Positions 56,170 to 64,000 of a DNA stretch of 64,000 nt are shown in pieces; positions within the stretch are counted from its first letter, which is position 1, and each line of letters starts with the position of its first letter. The stretch comes from Macrostomum hystrix. Lineage: Eukaryota > Animalia > Platyhelminthes. The translations under genes were made by a program, and so were the position numbers. A model generated the notes under the pieces. It searched no databases, was not told the origin of the DNA, and saw only the letters and a program-made list of their open reading frames with translations. The DNA lies in the NCBI GenBank assembly GCA_950097015.1, contig CATNEN010000031.1:2852001-2916000 (forward strand), given 5' to 3'.

Positions 56170-59100
56170 CTACAATCTCTCCACAAGCACGCTGGAATTC
56201 TTAGACAACTGCTGATTGGCCTGATTGATTTCTGACTGGTTCGGTGCATCAGTCTGCCCTGTTACCGCTGATGCGCCAGCAGTGTGAGAACTGAAATTTT
56301 ATTTTACAGTCTTTCAGTGCAAGATTGTCTTGAACAGTCAGTCACTAATGTTTAAATAATAGGATAGCATACATAATTTACAATGGCAGTTACATCTGAC
56401 ACAATGTTCTAAAAATAGATTTGTTGTAAGCAGTCGTCGCCAGCCAATCAGTGATAGTTGGAGGGTAAGGAGTTAACTTTTGTTGTTGCACTTTAAGAAA
56501 GGCGCAAGTGGACGGTGTGATGAAAAAAAATATCTTTTTTCCACAGTCCTCACCAGCCAATCAGATGTAGGAGTTTGAATATAGGAATTTCTTGCTAGAA
56601 GAAATAAACTAAATAAAAAAGTAACTTACGCAACCCTGGATACATCGGCGGGCCCTCTAAGCAGTCGATGCGCGACCACCACAGTTGTTGCGACAATTGT
56701 AGCCACACAGGCTACTGCTAGTAGCGAAGCTCCAACGCTATTCAGCAATTCGCCTGCCGAAGCCAAGGATGAAGAGGATCGGCCGGCGCTGCCGCCGCCA
56801 CCGCCACTGCCTCCTCCAGCACCCTGGCCCTCAGGCCAATAGAGAGCTTGGTCTAGGCCGGACGTGACGCGTGTCAGATTGACGCCGCAGCAAGCGAAGG
56901 TGACCGAAGCCAGAAGGGACTCTCGCTGTGCAGCCAGGCTGCCAATCAGGGCCTCGGAGGCCAGGAAACTGGCATAGCTGACGTTGCTGACGTCGCCGCA
57001 GAAGGCAACAGACACCGAGGCCGGAGCGACCAGGCTGACTGACAGCTCGCCAGTGGCGGTGACATTGATGCCACTGGCGGCGAGACGTAGGTCGCCGGTG
57101 GTCAAAATGCTAGAGTTGCCTGGAGGTGTCCCCGACGATGGGCAGCAGACGGAGAAGTTGGCGCGGCAGAAGTCGTTAATGGCAGTCAGGAGCGGCGACT
57201 CGAGAGCGCGCCAGAGGCTGGGCCACTGCGGCGAGAAAAAGTTCAGAATGCGGCAAACTTCTCTAACTATGGTCACGTGCTTACAAAATTCTATAAAATT
57301 AGCGACAGCTGAGCGCTAAGCGGCCTTATCTATCTAATTTTGAAGGCTCGTTTCCATCAAAAGTTGAGTGCAACTCATGCTCACAAAGCTCTTGGGCACT
57401 GGGAAGTAGGACCGGCTGCGCAGTTCTCCACCGAAGCGCAGCTGAAGCGACGAGGCGAACTGGACTCGATTGTCTGTGGGGTGTGGGTTGTGTACACTGT
57501 CTGCCTGCTAATCAATAAACAAACCCAGACACACGGTGAAATGTACACTGCCTCCCTGCTAACCTATAAACAACCCCAGACACACAGTCAAATGTACACT
57601 GCCTGCCTGCTAACCCCTAAACAACCCCAGACACACGGTAAAATTTACACTGCCTGCCTGCTAATCCCTAAACAACCCCAGACACACAGTGAAATGTACA
57701 CTGCCTGCCTGCTAACCTATAAACAACCCCAGACACACAGTCAAATGTACACTGCCTCCCTGCTAACCTATAAACAACCCCAGACACACAGTCAAATGTA
57801 CACTGCCTCCCTGCTAACCTATAAACAACCCCAGACACACAGTCAAATGTACACTGCCTGCCTGCTAATCCCTAAACAACCCCAGACACACGGTGAAATG
57901 TACACTGCCTCCCTGCTAACCTATAAACAACCCCAGACACACAGTCAAATGTACACTGCCTGCCTGCTAACCTATAAACAACCCCAGAAACACAGTACAT
58001 TTGTCAAATGTACACTGTCCGTGCAAGCTCTTTTCAACTACACCCTTATCAGGTGCATAAACGGATCTGCAAAGAACGCCCTGTGGACGGCACTCACACT
58101 GGCACTGGTCGCCATAGAAATCCGCCGCGCATGCGCAGGTGCAGTTGGTCGGACTGGCCCCAATGTCTGTGCCATTGTTCAAGCAGGGAGTCGCATCGGC
58201 ATCACACTTAGTGCACGGAGTGTAGGTGCCTACAGAGGAGAAGCACGTGTAACTAAATGACTCTTAAATAACCTCCAGCAATGCCATACAGTGAGACCGA
58301 TGCTCACCAGAGCAGTCGCAGAGATCGGAGCTGTTTGACCCGGCTCCAACTAGTTTGGCGCAGATCTTGCAGGCCAGCGAGCAGGCTAAAATGTTTTTTT
58401 ATTCTGACTTTAGCCCAGTCGGTAAATGGATTTCTGACCGAGAGGTCTTAGTTCTTTGTCTCAGTATTAGCTACTAAGATTAAATAGAAGTCGAATGCGC
58501 GTGGCGGCTCCCAAGTCCATGGACTGAGCAGCTGTACACATCTGCCCCAACAAGGCTGTCTCCACTCACTGAATCTGCGAACATAAGACCTGCGAATACT
58601 TCAAAGCTGCAATCAATGATCAGAGGGGACTCACTGGAGCCAGCGGTGCCTACTGGGACGCACAGACCGTCAAGGCAGCGCGGGTAGCTGCTGCTGCAGC
58701 CGCTGCAGGCGGCCCCGGCTGTGTAGGGCGGCGAGCCCGAGCTGCAGAAGGAGACGAAACAGCATCAACCAGCCCTGCATCAACCAGCCCTGCATCAACC
58801 AGCCCTGCATCAACCAGCCCTGCATCAACCAGCCCTGCATCAACCAGCCCAAGCTGCATCAAACTTACCCTAGCTGCAACAGAACAGCCCTAGCTGCATC
58901 AGACCAGCCATAGCTGCATCAGATCAGCCCTAGCTGCCCTAGCTGCATCAGACCAGCCCTAGCTGCATCAGACCAGCCCTAGCTGCCCTAGCTGCATCAG
59001 ACCAGCCCTAGCTGCATCAGATCAGCCCTAGCTGCATCAGACCAGCCCTAGCTGCATCAGACCAGCCCTAGCTGCCCTAGCTGCATCAGACCAGCCCTAG

Positions 59101-62100
59101 CTGCATCAGACCAGCCCTAGCTGCATCAGACCAGCCATAGCTGCATCAGACCAGCCCTAGCTGCATCAGACCAGCCCTAGCTGCCCTAGCTGCATCAGAC
59201 CAGCCCTAGCTGCATCAGACCAGCCCTAGCTGCATCAGACCAGCCCTAGCTGCATCAGACCAGCCCTAGCTGCATCAGACCAGCCATAGCTGCATCAGAC
59301 CAGCCATAGCTGCATCAGACCAGCCATAGCTGCATCAGACCAGCCCTAGCTGCATCAGACCAGCCCTAGCTGCATCAGACCAGCCCTAGCTGCATCAGAC
59401 CAGCCCTAGCTGCATCAGACCAGCCATAGCTGCATCAGACCAGCCATAGCTGCATCAGACCAGCCATAGCTGCATCAGACCAGCCCTAGCTGCATCAGAC
59501 CAGCCCTAGCTGCATCAGACCAGCCCTAGCTGCATCAGACCAGCCATAGCTGCATCAGACCAGCCCTAGCTGCATCAGACCAGCCATAGCTGCATCAGAC
59601 CAGCCCTAGCTGCATCAGAACAGCCCTAGCTGCATCAGACCAGCCCTAGCTGCATCAGACCAGCCATAGCTGCATCAGACCAGCCCTAGCTGCATCAGAC
59701 TAGTCCTGCACCAAATCAACCTAAAAGAACAGCTCTTAACTGCAATATGTAACTCACCCAGAATTGTACTCGCACACGATGAGCACACTTCCTGAGCAGT
59801 CTCTCTTTCCGCAGCCGACCTCTCGTATCGTTGCTTGTGCCACCTTCGCAAAGAGATTGAACGAATTAGTTTAAACTATTTTCATGCTCGCACCACACTA
59901 CTCACAAGTCGGCCATTCAAGTCATATATAATAATAGGTGACAGCTTTAGTAATAGAGTGCCATAGAAGCACACCTGATAATAGTGGCCGCATGTGCTGG
60001 CGTACTGCGGATAACGGCCATTGCCGTAAGCTGCTCCGCACAGCTCAGTGCCGCTGCTCAGCCTGTAGTTCTCCCGCTCGATGAACCACAGCATGACGGC
60101 CAGGCTGGAGTTGGAGCCGCCCATGTACAGATTCTCACCTTTGCCAGCGTAGGCTCCGCCGTAATTGTGCTCAAATCGGCAGGTGTCCGCCGCCTGCTGG
60201 GCCAGGACGCGCAGAGAGGCCGATGCGACCTTGGGACAAAATGAAATTCTTATTCATTCATATGACACTACTTGTAGTAGGAGGTAAAGGGTGGCCAATA
60301 TTTATTGATCTATTGATTAGAAAAGGGTAAGGATAAATTGATATATTGATCAGGTGAGGCTACAAACTTGAGGTAAAACTTCATTCAGCCACCCCTTGGC
60401 CTGATTCGTTGGGTCAAGGGGTTATCTTAAAAAGTACATTTCCATACGCTACTCATTATAAAAAGGCCAAATGTTCAGTGCACACGCTACACCTATTCTC
60501 GTCACCTTGTGTTTGTCTAAGGCAGCAAGGGAGAATAGAAACGATTTAGCTGTGAAATCGATCCCGATTCTATACGAGTAGTTGGGAATGCGCTAAGGAA
60601 TTGAATTCCACTGTCCTTTTGAAACTGCTTTCAAGAAATTTCGTCGGGTAAAAACAGCTTTGTAGCTTTTGTATTCTTAAAAAGATTGCCAGAACTTGCT
60701 AGCAAAAACAGTAAAAATTCACTGTCAGTCTGTGACAGCAGTCTCTATGACCAGACACAGTCAGTCTGCGACAGCAGTCTCTATGACCAGACACAGTCAG
60801 TCTGTGACAGCAGTCTCTATGACCAGACACAGTCAGTCTGTGACAGCAGTCTCTATGACCAGACACAGTCAGTCTGTGACAGCAGTCTCTATGACCAGAC
60901 ACAGTCAGTCTGTGACAGCAGTCTCTATGACCAGACACAGTCAGTCTGTGATAGCAGTCTCTATGACCAGACACAGTCAGTCTGTGACAGCAGTCTCTAT
61001 GACCAGACACAGTCAGTCTGTGACAGCAGTCTCTATGACCAGACACAGTCAGTCTGTGACAGCAGTCTCTATGACCAGACACAGTCAGTCTGTGACAGCA
61101 GTCTCTATGACCAGACACAGTCAGTCTGCGACAGCAGTCTCTATGACCAGACACAGTCAGTCTGTGACAGCAGTCTCTATGACCAGACACAGTCAGTCTG
61201 TGACAGCAGTCTCTATGACCAGACACAGTCAGTCTGTGACAGCAGTCTCTATGACCAGACACAGTCAGTCTGTGACAGCAGTCTCTATGACCAGACACAG
61301 TCAGTCTGTGACAGCAGTCTCTATGACCAGACACAGTCAGTCTGTGATAGCAGTCTCTATGACCAGACACAGTCAGTCTGTGATAGCAGTCTCTATGACC
61401 AGACACAGTCAGTCTGTGACAGCAGTCTCTATGACCAGACACAGTCAGTCTGTGACAGCAGTCTCTATAACCAGACACAGTCAGTCTGTGACAGCAGTCT
61501 CCATGACCAGACACAGTCAGTCTGTAACAGAAGTGTCACACAGTCAGTCTGTAACAGAAGTGTCACACAGTCAGTCTGTAACAGAAGTGTCACACAGTCA
61601 CTCTGTAACAGAAGTGTCACACAGTCAGTCTGTAACAGAAGTGTCACACAGTCAGTCTGTAACAGAAGTGTCACACAGTCAGTCTGTAACAGAAGTGTCA
61701 CACAGTCAGTCTGTAACAGAAGTGTCACACAGTCAGTCTGTAACAGAAGTGTCACACAGTCAGTCTGTAACAGAAGTGTCACACAGTCAGTCTGTAACAG
61801 AAGTGTCACACAGTCAGTCTGTAACAGAAGTGTCACACAGTCAGTCTGTAACACAAGTGTCTATGACCAGTCACTATGACCCAGTAAGTCCGTTACAAAA
61901 AGCTATCCATGACCAGATATCATTCTGTAACCAAAACCCCGGACATTCTAAACTCTAAATATATCTAGGCCAGGCATTACAGACTGTTACATACCAGCTG
62001 GTTCATATTGGCGGCCTCGGGTTGCACAGATCTCCTCAGCCGATTGTGCAGCTCAACCAACCCGTTGTGCTCGGCATCAGTCATCTGACTGGAGGCAGGT

Positions 62101-62183
62101 GGCAGCAGCAGCAGCAGCAGCAGCAGAAGCAGCAGCAGCAGGGTAGCCTTGCTCTCAATGTAAATAGTGCTAAAATTAATCAT
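56170..62183 (-). CDS. Type I membrane CAP/SCP (venom-allergen-like/CRISP) protein with EGF-like modules; 9 exons, ~568 aa
   Basis: Exons 62183-61995, 60229-59975, 59843-59758, 58741-58635, 58385-58308, 58229-58098, 57473-57385, 57279-56630 and 56290-56170, total 1707 nt with consistent phases. Poly-Leu signal, HNRLRR, FEH, GENLY, CGHYYQ, VGCG..VCEY, CRISP hinge PYTAGAACSGC, EGF-like CLNNG..CTCAC..FYGDQC, TM LLAVACVATIVATTVVVA. Confidence 0.85.
57490..57990. repeat. 51-bp minisatellite in a CAP gene intron
   Basis: AAATGTACACTGCCTGCCTGCTAACCTATAAACAACCCCAGACACACAGTC about 9-10 copies. Confidence 0.93.
58765..59705. repeat. 15-bp then 20-bp (TAGCTGCATCAGACCAGCCC) minisatellites in a CAP gene intron
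   Basis: Direct periodicity. Confidence 0.95.
60720..61860. repeat. 36-bp then related 27-bp minisatellite in CAP intron 1
   Basis: CAGTCAGTCTGTGACAGCAGTCTCTATGACCAGACA, then CAGTCAGTCTGTAACAGAAGTGTCACA. Confidence 0.96.
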
Positions 62184-62891
62184 AGTAAAAATCAGGTTCA
62201 ATTCCCAAATAACAGACTGGCCGGACTAAGATTCCCCGCCCATATCTACATATATACCAGGCCCTCTCAAACCCTGCAGCACTTCCATAAATTTTCTTCC
62301 TTCATTTCTCGCCTGTCAGGAGCTGTCTGTTGTCATGGCAACATAAGGTACACTGCTTAGTTAAAAATAATTGGCTGGCTGAGTTGAGGGGCGGGAAGGC
62401 AGTCGGGACAATCTCCCTTCTCTCCCTCCTAGGAGCAAACAATTGCCTGCTCGCCAATATCCCAAACTGAGTGCAGCCTAACAAAGAGAGGAAGCGGCAG
62501 AAACAGAACAGAGACTGTCGGCTGGCCCGCCTCATGCGGCTCATTAAGGCGGATGCTCTTCTAGGGAGACTGGAAACTCAAACGGATTCTTCAGAAATGC
62601 GCAGCGAGCCTAAAAACCAAAGACTGAAAATGTATTCACTTAACAATGCACTGTGAATGCACGGGCTCTCTGTTGCGTTTGCACTTTAGTACTCGCATTG
62701 TTGCTTCGATGTCTCTGTCTCTCTCTTTCCGTTCTCGCGCGCGCTATCGCTTTACCCCTTAGCCAGCCCTGTGTACAAGTACATTTGCGCTTGCACAATA
62801 GTGGATGGTTTAAGCCCCGGCCAATCAGAGGGCGTTAAAAAACGAACCTACAAAAAAAGCAAAAATATTATTTGCAGTAAGACTGCAGGCA

Positions 62892-63180
62892 CATTTGGTG
62901 ACACTAGATTTGCAGCAGCGAGGAGGCAATTCTGCTCATTTCGCTGACTCCTGAGCACACAAGCTCACAGATACCGTACGCAGACACACACTCACACAGG
63001 TGTGTACATCTACCTCGACTTTCTCATCATCAGGCAGTGTACACTATCACTGCGCCTTGGAGGTTGGCCCTCAAGGGCGTAAATTGCATGACAAGCCTCC
63101 AAGCCTTCTCTCCGCGGCTGCACCAAAATTTAATGTTGCCTCGCCGTGGAATCGAGCTTAGGACCTTGGTGCAAGAGGCG
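62892..63180. repeat. Dispersed repeat of unknown class, copy 2
   Basis: Homologous to 2505-2765, with a ~30-bp indel. Confidence 0.8.
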
Positions 63181-63317
63181 AACGCGTTAGAAGATGTTGG
63201 TCCAATATTGTGCATTGTTTTGCATTATTACAACAAAAATACTTTCAACTTTTCGGTTTACTTCTCCACTGCTTTCATCGCTAGCAACCTGACTTTGATT
63301 TTGACGCGACTAACACC

Positions 63318-63421
63318 CACAGATCATTCACAGTGAACACCCTGGATTCACAGATCATTCACAGTGAACACCCTGAATTCACAGATCATTCACAGTGAAC
63401 ACACTGGATTCACAGATCATT
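63318..63421. repeat. 31-bp tandem repeat x3
   Basis: CACAGATCATTCACAGTGAACACCCTGGATT. Confidence 0.85.
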
Positions 63422-63422
63422 C

Positions 63423-64000
63423 TGTAAGGTGTGCGGTGATTCATTCTCGCATCGCGTCGTAAGTTGGCTTCGTAAATTGTGCAATGCGATGTACATTCTC
63501 TGGTGTACATAGCCAAATATAAAGTCGCTCACTTGAGGCTTTAGTCACCTCGTGTTTTCTCGGTTCTCGCGCAAGTCTCGCCTTCTGAGCTAGTTTACAT
63601 TGGTGGCAGCGGTCTCTATCTCAAGTCGGCCCACTCACTCATGGCGCACGCCAATGCACTTTTGCCACCCAAGTTTTCCGGCTCAGACGATGCCGACATC
63701 AACATGTGGCTGCAAATGTTTGAGGACTTCGCCACGGATTCCGAGTGGGACGACAAAAAGATGGCATCGAAAATCCGGCTGCTCTTATCTGGCGAGGCGC
63801 TCGTCTTCGTGTGGGACCTGCCGGAGGAGAAGAAGAAGAGCTTCGCGACCATCAAGGACGAGCTGGTCAAGTTCTACCGTGGCAAGGAGAACTCGTTCTG
63901 CGCCATGTCGGAGTTCGAGAGCCGGAAACGACGCCAAGGAGAGTCGCTGAGGGAGCTGTGCCACGCTCTCAAGCTCCTGTACCGGAAGGCACGCCCTGAC
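63423..64000 (+). mobile_element. 5' end of a second LTR retrotransposon (177-bp LTR 63423-63599, PBS, gag start), truncated by window end
   Basis: TGTAA..TTACA LTR ends. PBS TGGTGGCAGCGGT (tRNA-Leu-like) at 63601. A gag-like ORF follows. Confidence 0.8.
63641..64000 (+). CDS. Retrotransposon Gag (partial)
   Basis: MAHANALLPPKFSG..WLQMFE..LLLSGEAL..RKRRQGESL resembles the Gypsy gag capsid. Open to the window end. Confidence 0.75.
   Translation, partial: MAHANALLPPKFSGSDDADINMWLQMFEDFATDSEWDDKKMASKIRLLLSGEALVFVWDLPEEKKKSFATIKDELVKFYRGKENSFCAMSEFESRKRRQGESLRELCHALKLLYRKARPD

Noticed and set aside
60686-61958. 397-aa and 420-aa Ser/Cys-rich repeat ORFs
   Set aside because: 36/27-bp minisatellite within intron 1 of the minus-strand CAP gene, open in three frames and lacking unique domains.

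Overview
Eukaryotic (metazoan) genomic DNA. GC3-rich exons and introns filled with minisatellites suggest a free-living flatworm such as Macrostomum, but that is inference only. Host genes: a solo replication-dependent histone H4; a secreted acidic mucin-stalk protein with an atypical 8-Cys Kazal domain; a divergent, disrupted 8-Cys Kazal paralog; a 4-exon class I HDAC (HDAC1/2); an 8-exon TRPM-type channel with N-terminal ankyrin repeats; and a 9-exon membrane-anchored CAP/SCP-EGF protein. Mobile DNA: an intact Crypton-type tyrosine recombinase element with 9-bp TIRs flanked by TA, plus a non-autonomous element with the same ends; two internally deleted RepHel Helitrons, each with a hAT MITE inserted; a ~9.9 kb head-to-tail stack of five non-autonomous Helitrons carrying minisatellites; a full-length Gypsy element with identical LTRs; the start of a second LTR element; tRNA-derived SINE-like pieces; and a 36-bp hairpin with an 8-bp TSD resembling a P-element excision footprint. 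Most long ORFs in the supplied track are read-throughs of tandem repeats. All comparisons were made by eye, so identities and copy numbers are approximate.
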